A stretch of DNA of 64,000 nt from Marsupella aquatica (GCA_973895155.1 OZ316892.1:8043251-8107250), one strand, 5' to 3'; numbered from the stretch's first letter, positions 37,476-50,825 are shown. Notes: generated by a model not told the origin, from the sequence alone. Program-made: numbers and translations.

Positions 37476-38599
37476 ATGACCAGCCAAAACCAGAGTGGCC
37501 AAGGCACAACTTCATGGCAGGGTGCAACACAGCATCAAGGAAAGAGTAAGTTGCCAGATTGGAGTGAGCAGGAGATGAAGGCTCTTATTGCAGCAAAAGC
37601 AATATGAGTACCACATTGTTGTACTGGGAGGATCCACTCAACAGAAGATGACTAGCACTAAGTTGAAATGGAAAGCAGTGGCCAAATTTATGGAGGGTGA
37701 GGGGTTCACTAATCCTATTCGAGATCACAATAGTTGCAAGAAGAAGTGGCAACTCATTGACAGCAAATTCAAAACAATTTATGACTATGAAAATTTGCAG
37801 AAAACCGGGCAAATTTCCTACTTCAACATGGATGACAAGCAGCGCCGCGAAAAGAGATTTCCCACTAATTTCTCTATTGATTTGTATGAGACAATGATGG
37901 AGTGGTATGCAGATATTCCGCGCATCACTCCACCAAAAAAATTCTTATCTGACATTTTTGCTATGGACCGAAACCCCGAGGTGGGCCCCCAGGAGGATCC
38001 ATTAATTTTGTCGTCAGAAAGTAAGATTGTTTTTACTCTTACCTCTATAAGTGCTTTGCTACCCAAGTGTATCTATATGTTTATTTTATGAATTAAATTT
38101 CTTTGCTACTATCTTCTTTTATTCAATGCAACAAGTTTTTTGTTGTGCAGGTGATCATGGAGATGAGGTTGGTGAGGAGAGGTCAGTACCTACTAGCCAG
38201 ACTGAAGGAGCAAGGCCAACGCAAGAGAGTGCGCAACGGGACACCAACAATACTGATGGAGTGAGAGAACCATCATCCCCTCAGGACTTTTCTGGCCCAG
38301 GCAAGAGAGGTGTTAAACGGAAGACATTCAAGTCTGGCAACGATAGGCAAGCGCAGCTGAAAACCATGGCCAACAGTTGTGTTGACATGGCTTCCTCGAT
38401 CAAGCGTGATTGTGAAATTCGTGAACATGATTCTCACACCCGAGATCGTGAGTGTGAAATCCGAGAACGTGAGTGTCAGATCCGAGAGCGCCAAGAGAGG
38501 ACTTTGACTACAGCAATGACGGCAACAACTGAGAAGATAACACGTTTGACTGACGTCCTGATGGAGAAGCTTGCAAGTTCTTCACGACCTTCCCAGTAG
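37476..38599 (+). pseudogene. Myb/SANT trihelix DNA-binding protein of the outer Harbinger; +1 frameshift near 37597; intron 38021-38150
   Basis: WSEQEMKALIAAK / QYEYH...KWKAVAKFM..G...RDHNSCKKKWQLIDSKFKTIYDYE..SYFNMDDKQRREKRFPTNF. An extra A in gcaaaagc separates the two frames. Confidence 0.85.
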
Positions 38600-38747
38600 A
38601 GCAAAATTTCCTAAGTTTGTGTAGACAATGGTTGAATTGAGAGTGACATGAAACTATGTACAAACTTTGATGACACTTTGATGCACTTTTAATCACAAAT
38701 TTTATTTCAAATTTGTTGTAAGCATGTATGAATTAAAACATAAGTGA

Positions 38748-40130
38748 TCACAATCTATGATCCCTAGGGGCAGCATGACGTCTTTGTTGTTCCTCCCACT
38801 CTATCTCTGGCAACAAATGATCCATCATGGCAATGCGATATCTACGCCCATTATCATAATTTTGATGTGCAGTAGGGGGTCCTCCGGGTTCATAAGGAGG
38901 GTCTGGATCTATCCCCCAAGCTGGGTCGTACACATCTCCACGGTCAATACGAATATTATGAAGAATACATGCACAAGTAATATAGTGTGCTAGTCGATAA
39001 GGAGACGGCCTATACATTTTGCGTGAAACAAATCTCCAGCTATTCTTCAATTGCCCAAAAGCTCGCTCCACACACATCCTAGTTGAGCTCAACATATAAT
39101 TAAAGTGTCTCCTTCTTCTACGCTCTCTTGTAGCAGGAAAAGGGTTAAGCAACCAGGGATAAGCAGGGTAACCAAAATCTCCAATAATGTACTTCCTTGT
39201 AATGAATCCTGATGGAGAAGTAAATACTGGACCGGAGAGTTTTGTGTGATATTCCATAACATCACTAAAAAACCCAGACACCCGTAGAAGGCGAGAGTCT
39301 TGAATGCTGCCAGGCCATCCTGAAAAAACATCCAAAAATCGAAGACGACTATCACAGATAGCTTGCATGGAAATGCTCTGACCATGTTTGTAATCATGAT
39401 AATCAGCAGAGTTTGTTCCAGGAGGTAACTCCACTTGAAAATGAGTGGCATCAATGGCACCACAACAATTTGGGAATCCTTGCAATTGCCAAAATTCTTC
39501 TTTTACCCTTGCCATGGCCTCTCCTTGCGGCCAACTCAAATGTTGCCCTCTGCCTCGCACAATTAAAGCCCTAACAAATCGCCAAACAACATCCGATATG
39601 CATGGGATAGAAACGCCAAACATCTCTGAAAGTGTCAATAGCAAACACCCACTGGAAAACCGACGTAGGGCTATGGCAACCTGACGCTCAACGGACAATG
39701 TCCTGTTTGTCAAATTGCGAAGGCCGGGTGGTGGATTCGTTGTCATGTCTTCTCTAACCAGGTCACAAATGTACATAAATGTTGTCGGTGACACTCGAAA
39801 CAAATATTTGAAACAAACCGGATCATGCTCGATGACATGCATCAAATACCAGCCGCTCCACTCTCTTGATCTAGGTTCAATGTAATTCCGCAAGATATGA
39901 TGACAGTCTCCGTAAAATGCTTGTTGAATAGTTTGAAAGAGTTGAAGTAAATTTGCAAATTGTGTACCGTTGTCATCCTGCACCGGTCTATGTGGTAAAG
40001 AATCGGTGGCAACCAGAGTGGCCAATTGCAGTTGCAACAAGAGTAGTTGTTGGAGAGCAACAATAATGGACAGTATTATTTCCCATTCCTCATTTGAAAG
40101 CACCATTGCTTCAAAACAGTCTGAACTCAA
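38748..40130 (-). CDS. Harbinger DDE transposase (ALP1/HARBI1-like) of the outer element
   Basis: 460 aa ORF with FKYLFRVSPTTF, LSVERQVAIALRRF, GAIDATH, SGWPGSIQDSR, IIGDFGY, RMCVERAFGQLK and CACILHN. The exact start is uncertain. Confidence 0.95.
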   Translation of the reverse strand: MSSDCFEAMVLSNEEWEIILSIIVALQQLLLLQLQLATLVATDSLPHRPVQDDNGTQFANLLQLFQTIQQAFYGDCHHILRNYIEPRSREWSGWYLMHVIEHDPVCFKYLFRVSPTTFMYICDLVREDMTTNPPPGLRNLTNRTLSVERQVAIALRRFSSGCLLLTLSEMFGVSIPCISDVVWRFVRALIVRGRGQHLSWPQGEAMARVKEEFWQLQGFPNCCGAIDATHFQVELPPGTNSADYHDYKHGQSISMQAICDSRLRFLDVFSGWPGSIQDSRLLRVSGFFSDVMEYHTKLSGPVFTSPSGFITRKYIIGDFGYPAYPWLLNPFPATRERRRRRHFNYMLSSTRMCVERAFGQLKNSWRFVSRKMYRPSPYRLAHYITCACILHNIRIDRGDVYDPAWGIDPDPPYEPGGPPTAHQNYDNGRRYRIAMMDHLLPEIEWEEQQRRHAAPRDHRL

Positions 40131-41064
40131 AAGCCCTGCAAAATGAGTGATTTAAAGGAAAAAATTTGTCAAAAGTGAAGAGAGAAATTGAGGGTACTAA
40201 ATGAGTGAAACCAATTTAATTGGACATACACAAGTGAACCAAGTAGTAGCCAAGAGGAAAGTGAATTTTTGTGAGCATCCATGTGCATGCATACAAAGTA
40301 ACCATTGAATTTCTGTAAAGTACAAGTAAGGAAAGCTTAGGACATCACTACATATACTCAACCTTTGTATGTATGTAAAATACCTACACTCTACTATACT
40401 GGTTCGAAAGCAAACTAGTACTTGGCAAGTGTACACAAAGATTCCGTTAGGAATTGTTTGGGAGTCCTTCCGAAACACTATAAGGATTGTGCGAGGAATT
40501 CTTAAATTTTTGTAAGTCCTTGCTTCACAGTAATCGTTGCTTCACAGTCATCGCAGCATTGACATTAGCTTTGCTTCGATTCGCAGCATGACATTACCTT
40601 TGCTTTGATCAAGTGTGAACGCCTAGTAGTGTCCTCCCAGAAATTTTGTGGCTGGAATCAAATGCTGGCACAAATCGTTGAGGAAAGACGAAGGACACGA
40701 AGTCAGCTCCCAGGCAATCCTAGTGGCGCCAACATTTCCATTGAAGTCGCTTATTGAGCAGTGCTATGTGAGCAGGAGTGGGAGTCCGATTCAAGTTTCG
40801 AAGCACATGTTCAACTGAGTAGCAGCGCAAAGGAATGAAGCAGCGCGCGGCAGTGAGCAAGCGAAGTAACGAAGCAACATTTCCAGGTGAAGTGAGCAAA
40901 TGGCAACAATTCCGGGTGAAGCATCAAGGCTGCTATCAAGGCATGAGCACATGTGAACGAGGCATGTTGTGATTCAAGGCAGCAGCGCAACGGAACTTTG
41001 CAGAGGCAAGGAGCAGCGGCAGTGACCAAACAGCAGGAAGCAGCAAGCACAAGCGAGTGAGCAC

Positions 41065-41125
41065 TTTCACATTGCCGCATGTAATGCGGAACTTTGCTTC
41101 ACATTGCCGCATGTAATGCGGAACT
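41065..41125. repeat. Subterminal duplicated palindromic motif in the outer Harbinger
   Basis: ttcacattgccgcatgtaatgcggaact occurs twice; each copy contains the inverted repeat ccgcat-gta-atgcgg. Confidence 0.8.
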
Positions 41126-42739
41126 ATGCAGGCTTCGACTTTGCAGGGACGTGTTTTACTGCAAAAGCTCCTGCATCCTGCCCTATACAATTTGCGGTGC
41201 CAAAGTAAATGAAGTAGCTGCCACTGTTTGAGCACGTCACACGTATACTCATCTTGATTGTGTTTAGATTCACACTCCACTTTTTGCCGACATCTGCGGA
41301 CTGCTAAGGGTCGCTTTTTTGAGGACTCTTGCACATGCAAGACGGCCCTTATGTACCTTCGTTTTAGTCTTTAAACCGCCACTGTCCCAAAAAGTTCCGG
41401 GAGGACAAATAATACACTCTTAGCTCACTTTTGCTTTGCCAACTTCTTGTTCTAAAGAACACTCCACTCAAAGTCGCCTTGAGTAAGATCTTAACACAAA
41501 CAAAAATAGTGGCATCGGCATTGTGATAGATAGAAAAAGTTAATGACCCAAGCGAGATATTATCAAAATAAGAGTGGCAATCTAATGAATCCCAGGAGGA
41601 AAAAGGCTATGAGCCTTGTAAATTTTGGGGTAAATTTAATCCTAACTCCTAATAAATTCAAATAGCTTTGTGACCTACAGTACATAGCTCTGATGTGTAT
41701 CAGTTTCCACTCATTATGTGTTCAAATTTCATCTTAGAGGGAATACAAAGAAATCAACAAGCTTCTCCAAATTAAGGTATGTCCAAACTTAATCTTAAAG
41801 GGAATAAAATTTGAGATATATGTATATCCACATTGCCAAAGAACAAAAATGCCAAACGGGGATACACAATCCCAAAGACAAAAAGACTCAAGAAAATAAG
41901 GGAATAGGAAAAGAAAAAGACCAAAGTAAATCAAAACCCAACAAGCTAGGGAGTCACTCACAACCTACAAAATAACTAAAAGCCCACTAAGGACAGTAGC
42001 CTTTGATTGTTTCTTCGACATAGCTCAGGCTGCGTTTGGCCTCAACCTATGTTCAAAGTGAGCTTTAGTTGAAGCATGGAGTGATGCAAACAATTCAAGC
42101 CGGAAAGCAAGCGTTGCGGACAAGCGACAATGACGAAATCAATTTACAACAACTAAGTTTGTGACGGTGACGGGATTGTGACATCTCTTCATCGAGAAAG
42201 GGAGGTGAGCATTTTCTGATGTTGCATTTCTTGAGTCAGTGATAGTTCTTTAAGTGTGTGCAAGTTACACGATCATATGGTATCCACCATTCATTTCACA
42301 ACTCAAACTCAAAACTCTGCTAATCACTCCTCTGTTTCTTTGACGCAATGTGACAAAATGATAGTACCCTGTTCACAATCATCTCTCGTTGGTATCTCTC
42401 TGATCAAAAGAGAGAGGATCAAGTATGAGCCGTTACTTACTTACTTATGTTATTTTAGAGACAATTATCTAATTAATTACATAAATAAACAATTTTAAAA
42501 CACTCGAAAGGTAACTAATACGTTTACAGTGAAAAAATGACATATTTCCCTTTGTATTATGGTCTTTTTTATGTCTAATACTTAGGGCATGGCACCCCAT
42601 AATTTACACGAATGAACACGAACATGACAAAAAACCTGCTCTATCCTGTTTGTCACCATCCTTGCTTAAGTGGCACATCCTCATGCTAGGGAATTTACAA
42701 GGGATCCCTCATGGGGGTTTGTTATTAGCCCAATGCTTG

Positions 42740-43205
42740 TGCATTGCACAAAAGATGTTAAGATGAGCACACATGTTGAGGTGAGAAAAATCTGTCAAGG
42801 TGAAAAAATTGTAGAATAGAGCTAAAAGATGTCGAGGTGATAATAAGATGTAAAGATGAAAAAAGGATATGAAGGAAAGAAAAGATGTTGAGGGTGAGTA
42901 AAAATGTTGTGGTGAAATAAAGATGTCAAAGTGAAAAAAAGATGGTGATCAAGATAAGAAAAAACATAAAGTCAGGTGAAGATCTCGTGGAGAGAAAAAC
43001 ATATCGAGGTGAGTAAAATAAGTCAAGGTTTAGGGTAAAGACGTCGAGGAGAGAATAAGATGTCAAGAAGAAAAAAATGTCAAAGGTGAGAAAAATATAT
43101 TATATTATAGTGAGATGAAGATGTCAAGACAAGGTAAAGATATTAAGGAGAAACAAATATGTAAAAATTTATAAAAATATATAAAGGCAAGAAAAGATGT
43201 CAAGC
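42740..43205. repeat. Degenerate about 19 bp purine-rich tandem repeat (aagatgtcaaggtgagaaa-like)
   Basis: Many aagatgt(c/t)(a/g)agg(t/a)ga units. Confidence 0.7.
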
Positions 43206-44190
43206 CCAGGCAACAACATATAAGCTTTGCCATGTAGGTTAAGGCATGTTATGTGTGATCATGACCATACACAATTGTTGTGACATCTAAGATGCAACAT
43301 AGCAACCATTGCATCATAGAATCCAAGCACAACCTAGTCTTAGGAATGAATTGTTTTTTAGTTTTAAATTTTTGAGAAATAAATATTCTATTCAAACGCT
43401 TTTTAAAATTTCAAAGTTTTTCTTCCAACAGGTTTAATTGTTTTTACTGAAATTTTTATCTGGTGCTGGTACGTGAGAATGCTAAAGGAGACCAAAACAT
43501 ACTGACCTATCTAGAGGGAGGTCTCCTTGATCTCCCTACATTTTTACAAGTCCTTCCCTTTTTCTTTGTACTATTGGATCCCTTATTGTTCTGGAATTGT
43601 GCATCATTAATTTCAGTCACACTATATTAGATGATTTTCTTATTTCCTTATTATTATTATTTAAATTATATTTTTGTTGGGCATTGTAAATTTGAATGGC
43701 GAACACACAGCCTTATGATAAACCTTATATTACAGCTTTTGATAAGGAGAAAATGAAAATGTTAGAGTAAATAATGAGAAACCACTTCTTGTAAAGCAGC
43801 CCTAAGAATCTAAGATGGGCGATTGCTTTACATTAATTACTCTGTCGTGCATCCACTCTTCTCGTTCCTGTCGTAGTGCTCTGCCCATTCTCTTTCCGCT
43901 GCTCGCTTCTCTTCTCTTCTCTTTTCCTCGATCGACTCCCCTCTCGTCGCCCAATTCCATCGACCCCTCCGCATTGCCCGTCCGCCTTTCATCCATGTTA
44001 CACTAATTTCAACAACCTCGGTATGTGAAGGAAGAACGGCGGAATGTGCTCGCTGGGCTGAGGTTTTGTAACACGAGAATCGGCCGAGCGACGGCTTTGG
44101 ATTCGGCCAAGAAGACCGGAGCAGAGCAGAGCAGAGCAGAAGTGCGACTCTGTCATCATTTCGTTCGAGCTGGTGTTGTTGCTGTTGGCG

Positions 44191-46803
44191 ATGGCGATCG
44201 TAGGTTCTGCTGTCGGATCTGTTGCTGCGCGGCACACGGGTGCAACTCAGGTGTGGATCTCGATCGGAGGCCCTAGTGAGCGCTCTGTGAGAGATTCGAG
44301 GACTGTCCCTTGCGGTTCCCCATTCTTTTCCATTTCACCTGGGTTTCCGGTGTTCGTATCTACTGAAGTAGAAGGGGTCAATCAAGAGAAGCTTTTCTGT
44401 GGTCTGCATGACAATAATGCTTGATCTGGAATGTATGGCGTTGTCATCTGTTCGAGTCTAGGGTTTTTTACAACGTGAAGATGTATTTCTTGCTACTTGT
44501 CTGCAATCTGTGTTGGGCCGTGCGTACTGTATCATAGGAATTGGTTTTCTGAGTGTTTCTTGTGAGACTGTGAACACTGTCGTTGATGTTGAAACTATGA
44601 CACACCTCGGAAGCTTCAGAGGTAGAAGTCAGGTCCTGTGTATTTCCCTCGAGATCGTGGTGGAGGTGTCCACGTGGAATGAGGCCTGCTTTAGTTGAGA
44701 GTTGATGATCTAAAAATCCAATGGGTGCACAGAGAGAGATTGGCTGGATCAGAGCACAACAAGACTGTTGTGCCTTGAGTTTGGAAAACCAGTGGACAGC
44801 CGGTGTGATGTATCGACAATTGAGCAGGGGTGTGCGGGGAGTCTACCTTGGCATGGTGGCAAGCAAGTAGCATCGCAGCTTGTGCTGATAAACTATTCAG
44901 ACTCATTAGAAGGTGGACACTAGCTGTCAACGGTCTCAGCCGTCGGGTCAATACTATGCTCGACCGTTCCGAGGTGGTGAACGCTTAACGAATGATGTGC
45001 AGAATGCCAGAAAGCGAGCGAATGGATTTAGTATATACTTCTATGCTAAACGAGGACAGGGAATAAACAAATGTATAGGGCAGGATTGGAATGTAGACCC
45101 GGAGAACAACAGAACAAGATTAGTCAGAAGGCGTCGACGCTGAAGTAGAGAATGAATGAATGAATGAATTCAGAGTCCATTGAGCCGCAACTTGGGGTAA
45201 GGGACTGCAAGTTCATGGTGCCAAGAGAGTTTTCCGTAAGTGATGGAATGACGAGCATCGAGAGACAAAGCACATTCACTACTTCACCAATGGCGAGAGG
45301 GAGGAGAGCTGTCTAAATTGGTCTCATGGCTGTCCAATGCAGGTGTCGGCTCCTCAGATTAAGAATATCCTACTACTGGATTCCGAGGGAAAGCGTGTGG
45401 CCATTAAGTATTTTTCAGACGATTGGTCGACTCTGGCCTCGAAAATGGCCTTTGAGAAGTCTTTGTTCACAAAGACACAGCGAACCAGCGCTCGCGCCGA
45501 AGGTAAAGTTTCGGTTGCGAGCAATGAGTGGGTGGAGGGTGACCTTTTAGGTACTTCAAACCTTTCGGAGAATACTCCGATTTATCAACTTTTATCAACT
45601 TAAATTCATGTATTCAAATTTGAGGGCTTAGGCAAAAACCTTAAAATCCTAAAGATTTAGGTAGGTCACTTCATTTCTGGTCTATGTTCGTTTTTGCAAA
45701 TTCTGGTAGTCAAACAGTATGGGCGATGTTCGCATTATCTGTATACTGATTCGCTCTTCCGACATTTATTCACAATTCTGCAGCGGAAATCGGAATGTTC
45801 GATGGTTACATTGTGGTCTACAAATTTATCTCGGATCTACATTTTTATGTGACGGGTGGGGACGAGGAGAACGAACTCATTTTAGCCACCGTATTGCAGG
45901 GATTTTTTGACGCAGTTGGCATACTGCTCAGGTTGGCACACATTTCACCCTGGAGTCGTGTGAATTGAGTGATCTTTTGATTGAGCTCTCTCTTGGACTT
46001 CTGTGCTTGAGTGTACTAATGAGACTCTCACCACAGGGGAAATGTGGAGAAGAAGACTGTATTGGAGAATTTAGATCTTGTCTTACTCACCCTCGACGAA
46101 ATTGTCGATGGAGGGTAAGTGAACTTGCGACCTGAACGAAAATATTTTAGTCTCTTGAAAGCAATTTTCGAGGTTTGTTTCAAGTTTACTGTCCCTATTT
46201 TAATTGTGGCCATTAATTTTCCTCGCCAGAATCATTCTGGAGTGCGATGCCAACGTTATTGCTGGAAGAGTGGCCATGCGCGGTGCAGATGCCGATGTAC
46301 CCCTATCTGAGCAGGTTAAACTCTCTCTTCATTCAAAATCAAAGATTGTGTCCTACGCTTCTTCAAGTTCTGAGCAGTTGCGTTGACACTTCTATAGTGT
46401 CGTCTCACTAATATTGTTAGATAGTTCAGGTCACATGTTTATGAGGTACAGAACCCTCCCTCTAATCCATCCAGATCTTATATAATTGACTTCCGTGTGG
46501 TAAATTGGTGTGGACCCTATAATTTGAAACACGTATTTTAGATTTTTAAATTTTTTTACTTATGAAGGCTCTTTTCCTCCTCTAGAGATGGTATGCGATG
46601 AGTGAACTATGAAGATCGATAGTGGATCGTTGGTCTGTCCTATCTACGTCATGTGCTTTTGGGCGGCTTCACAGCTGTTGCTATTACATCGGACTGATCT
46701 CGAGGGCTTGCTCTGTATCCTGAGGTGTGATCTAAACCTTTGGCTGTATGTGCAGACTATTTCCCAAGCGCTGGCAACTGCAAAGGAGCACTTGGCAAGG
46801 TAG
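44191..46803 (+). CDS. COPZ: Coatomer subunit zeta (zeta-COP), 6 coding exons
   Basis: ATGGCGATC|GTAGGT micro-exon, then exons at 45343-45502, 45784-45931, 46036-46094, 46230-46314 and 46756-46803. These give [61 protein letters not shown] and [15 protein letters not shown]. Confidence 0.95.
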
Positions 46804-47654
46804 TAATTTGTCTATGGCTAACAGTAGGGTTGGGGATTCGAGGGTAGTAGTTGTTTCCTTTTCAGACTACAGTTGCAAGGTAGCAGCGGAGTCGAGTCTT
46901 CTTTTGTATTTGTGTGGATGGGGTTTTATGTTGGTTTCAATTACTCTTGAGCTAGAACAAGTTGCACTGGTGCTCACTAAGAAACATTTGCACTTAAACT
47001 TCGTGCATCTTTTGGCTGTGATGTTCAGAAATTGGGCGTTGTGAGGGGCTTTGGGACGACTATTGGAAAGATCAGGCTGATTACAGTTACTCTTCGAGTT
47101 TTAATGGACAAAAGCCTCCACGGTTTCTCGTAACCATAACTGAGGCAACATCAATTTTTCATTCATCCAAGTGAACCTTGTCGCCAAAGTGGTTTCCCAT
47201 GAGGTGCAGTGGTTTTGTCGTTTGGACAATTTAATGGAGTTTATTAGATAAACCAACGTGTTCTCCACGAATGTGCTCATTTAATAGGTTGGAATAAGGT
47301 AGAGTAGATAGAGCAAAGCTTTTCACCCTTTTGGCGACCGCAGGGTAGCAGCCGAGGGCTCAATTTCAATGATCATTTGGAACTAACATGGTGGAGACTC
47401 TCTCATCACTTTTCCTCATCAATGATGAGTTTGGAAACGCATGAATCTATATTCCAACATGTCATGTATTTGGCGGATTAGCTCGTCGGTTATGTGTAAG
47501 GTCCATGCCGTGGTCGGTTCAAACCATCTTGGGGATCGTCTGTCCATCCAACGCTGCCCTTCATGACATTTCTGTCGAGCTTTTATGCGCAAGGCCTTCA
47601 ATGTGTGCTCGTTTGTTTATGTGAATAAGACGAGCAGGGATTTTTTTGGTGCAA

Positions 47655-47910
47655 TATGCAGTGCCTAAATCATGGACTAGAGGAAAAATGATTATTCACT
47701 TGTGAGGACTAGGTTGTGGAGTCTGATGCGTCATGACATGTCTGTGCAGCTTATGGTTACGGCTTTCAATTATTTGCTCATTATTTATTTGAACCTCACG
47801 ACCAGAGATTGTGTTGGGTGCTATCTGCAGTGCCTCAACCGTGGACTAGAGACTAATTGATTGCTCACTCGTGAGGATTTTCCGTTTGACGAGGTTGTGG
47901 AGTCTGGCGC
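47655..47910. repeat. Imperfect direct duplication, about 170 bp period
   Basis: gcagtgcct..a.c.tggactagag...cact.gtgagga...aggttgtggagtctg occurs twice. Confidence 0.6.
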
Positions 47911-48996
47911 TGCAGAGGTATTGTCTGTCACTAGGGAAGGCTAGTTATGGGATTGGAGGTTCAAGGGATATATCCCTCTGGAAGACAATGAATGGTATGT
48001 AAGGTTTTCAGATTTGAAGCGGAAACGATGCTTCACCTGCTTGTGGCCCTCTGAAGAGTCTTGCTGTTTCTTTGCTGACTATTGAAGATCACCTGTAGGC
48101 ACAAGAGCTCTGAAGCTGAAGGTTATGCAATCTTGGAGACGGGTTGTATAACCTTGGATATAGGTCTCAAAGGCAAGACGTTGGAGACAGGATGAAATGT
48201 AGAAAACTGAGTTAAACGATACATTTCAGAGTGCTTCGTTTCTTGCCTATGACGAGTGGGTTCGACGGACTGCTCTGTCCTTCGCAGTTTATTTAGATAT
48301 AGTGCAGGACTTTTACAGGTCACTGATTGAAACATTTGTATGGTTTCAGTCACAATCAAGTAAGTCCGCGAGTAACTCCTGTGATTTGATAGGACACGAA
48401 TTCCATCTCAAGCACCTGTAAATCTATGATCTAACACAATATGAGCAAATGGTTACTCAATTAGGATAAAATCCATTAGTGTTCTAGCTAAATCTTGATC
48501 CTCAATATCTGGTGAAAAGCGGGGCAATGAAGAGTAAGAGATACTCTTTTCAATCGCCTCTGCCCAATGCTTGAAACTGGCCCACCTGAAAAATCCAGAG
48601 CTGTTGCAGACACATCAAACCCCAACAACCATCAGTACATTATCTTGGAGTGCCAAACCGCCTGAACGTCAAGCACAAACTATGTAGTTCTTCCAGTATA
48701 TCGTGACATCTCAAAATGCTTGACATTGACTGAAACCTACACTTCGAGAGGAGTAAGAGGGCAAGGACAATCATAAGTGAAGGCATGAACTTGACGACAG
48801 CATTAAAGACATGTTTCATATGAGCATTCTCATACGTGGCTTTCAGGAAATGGAGCTTCAATTTGTGCTTGCACTGGTGATTGCCATTGGTGTAAAGTGG
48901 CCAAAACCAATATCCAGACCTCCATTTCAAGTTGTTTTCCCGATCATCAAATTCCAGTCCTGCCAAGTAAGATCTGTGTCTCGCCTAGTGTCACCA

Positions 48997-49460
48997 ATTC
49001 AGATCCATCTCAGTCTTCACACTCTCTGTTGTATCGAGGTGCTTCTAGGGTGGACACCGACACCGTAGCAACTGTCACGTATTCAGATCCATCTTAGTCT
49101 TGACACTCTCAGCTGTATGGAAGCGCTTCAAGAATGGACACCCACACCGGAGCAACTGTCACGTATTCAGATCCATCGTAGTCTTGACACTCCCTGCTGT
49201 ATAGAAGCGCTTCAAGGCTGGGACACCGGAGCAACTGTCACGTATTCAGATCTATCTCAGTCTTGACACTGTTGCTGTATCGAACCGCTTTAAGGCTGGA
49301 CACCTGTGCAACGGGCTACCCTGTGGGTGGACAACCCGATCATCCAAGCTTGCATTTGACCCCGCAAATTGTCCAGAGAATAGCCTCAGACCAGGCAACG
49401 GGCTGCTCTGTGGGTGGACAACCTGATGATACAGGCTTGCATTCGGCCCCCCAATCAGTA
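48997..49460. repeat. About 84 bp tandem repeat x4, followed by an about 87 bp unit x2
   Basis: ttcagatc(c/t)atc..agtctt(c/g)acact at about 48998, 49082, 49166 and 49245; gcaacgggct.c.ctgtgggtggacaacc at about 49308 and 49395. Confidence 0.85.
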
Positions 49461-50573
49461 GCAGCAGACTGGAAACCGGTGCGCGCGGATGCTCTAACTG
49501 ATCTAGCACCATGATTGTAGTCGGCATGCTCCGTCCGGTTGTCTCTTGACCTGGGAATTCTTGATATTCAGTCGATTACATTTTCGGACCAGTGGAGAGG
49601 AGACCTAGGTATTGCCAACTACATGGTGCATTGCGCTATTGCTTGTGGCTTGACTTGAAAACATTATTATTTGTACTCGATTATAAATCTATACCTGTCT
49701 GTGGAGACCTACAGGCTATACAGTCAAACCGCGGGGGCTGCTGTAATGCACTAGACAGACAGGATCGATCAGCAGACAGATCATGGAGCGCCTGTCTCAT
49801 GAAAATCTCGCGAGTTTCGGGTTTACGTAACTTCTGTTTCGCAGCAGGATTTCCAGCTCCTTCGAGTTGAGAAGTGCCAAGAAAGTTCGCCAGGAGATTT
49901 ACGCGTCTGCCAGTAATTCATTCATGATCACATACTGTATATATAATTGAAACCTACATGTTTACAGAAATATGTTATATGTAAGCCAAGTATGTAAGCC
50001 AAGTTGCATAAAAGTATGAAAGGTTCAAATGCCAGAAAGGCAGTAGTGCCTTTATTGACAAGAGCCAGCTGCCAACCTCTAAAATATCATAGCCTGGCAC
50101 ATTCTTGCGTACCAGTCGGGCGAACGGAATCTATTGGCAAGCTTTTTTGCCAATGGCCCATACATTCTCTTCGAATAACTACTGTACTCATCATGGCACA
50201 TTGACTGCCTTTTTATGATTTGCCTCACAGATTCTCGCCTCCCAATAGTCTTCCTCGTTTTCGAGCAAAATAATAACACTTACTTGCAAAGTATAAGTAG
50301 AAGTCATTTCCCGTCCAGGCAACATCCTCATATTTCCAAGACGTGAGTCCATGGCATCTCACATAAGGTTGCCGTTGTGACCATTTTTTATATAGTATAA
50401 TGGAGAAGGCTCAAGCTTCAGTCAGACTTCAGAGAGTAAGTTGGAGTTGCAGTCGGGTTGGGATAGCATCAAATCCAGCTATTTGGCCGACCGAGTGTCA
50501 GAGGTGCTTACATTCCCTGTTAGGAATTGTTTTCCAGAGCTGCATGTTAATTCTAAAGTGAAATGTGAAGTTA

Positions 50574-50825
50574 AGTTAATATGCTTAGTACACCAAAATA
50601 TAAACCAATATACTATATTTAATCTAAAATGAAGTGCGAGTTAAATTTACTTGAAGTTAATGTGCTTAGTACACCAAAACATAAACCAATACAATATATT
50701 TATGAATGATTTGAAACACATGTGTCATAGTTTATGTTCTGATTGTAAGTTAATGTGCTCAGTGCACCCGAACATAAACCAATACACAATGTTTATGATC
50801 TAAATCACATGTGTCATGGTTTATG
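50574..50825. repeat. AT-rich 80-95 bp tandem repeat x3
   Basis: aagttaat(a/g)tgct(t/c)agt(a/g)cacc..aa.ataaaccaata occurs three times. Confidence 0.8.

Larger units (their letters stand above)
30590..41348. mobile_element. Outer PIF/Harbinger DNA transposon (about 5.6 kb of its own sequence) containing a nested second Harbinger
   Basis: Perfect 17 bp TIR GGGCCGTCTTGCATGTG (30590-30606 and 41332-41348); perfect TTA TSD (30587-30589 and 41349-41351); convergent Myb/trihelix and DDE transposase genes. Confidence 0.95.
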
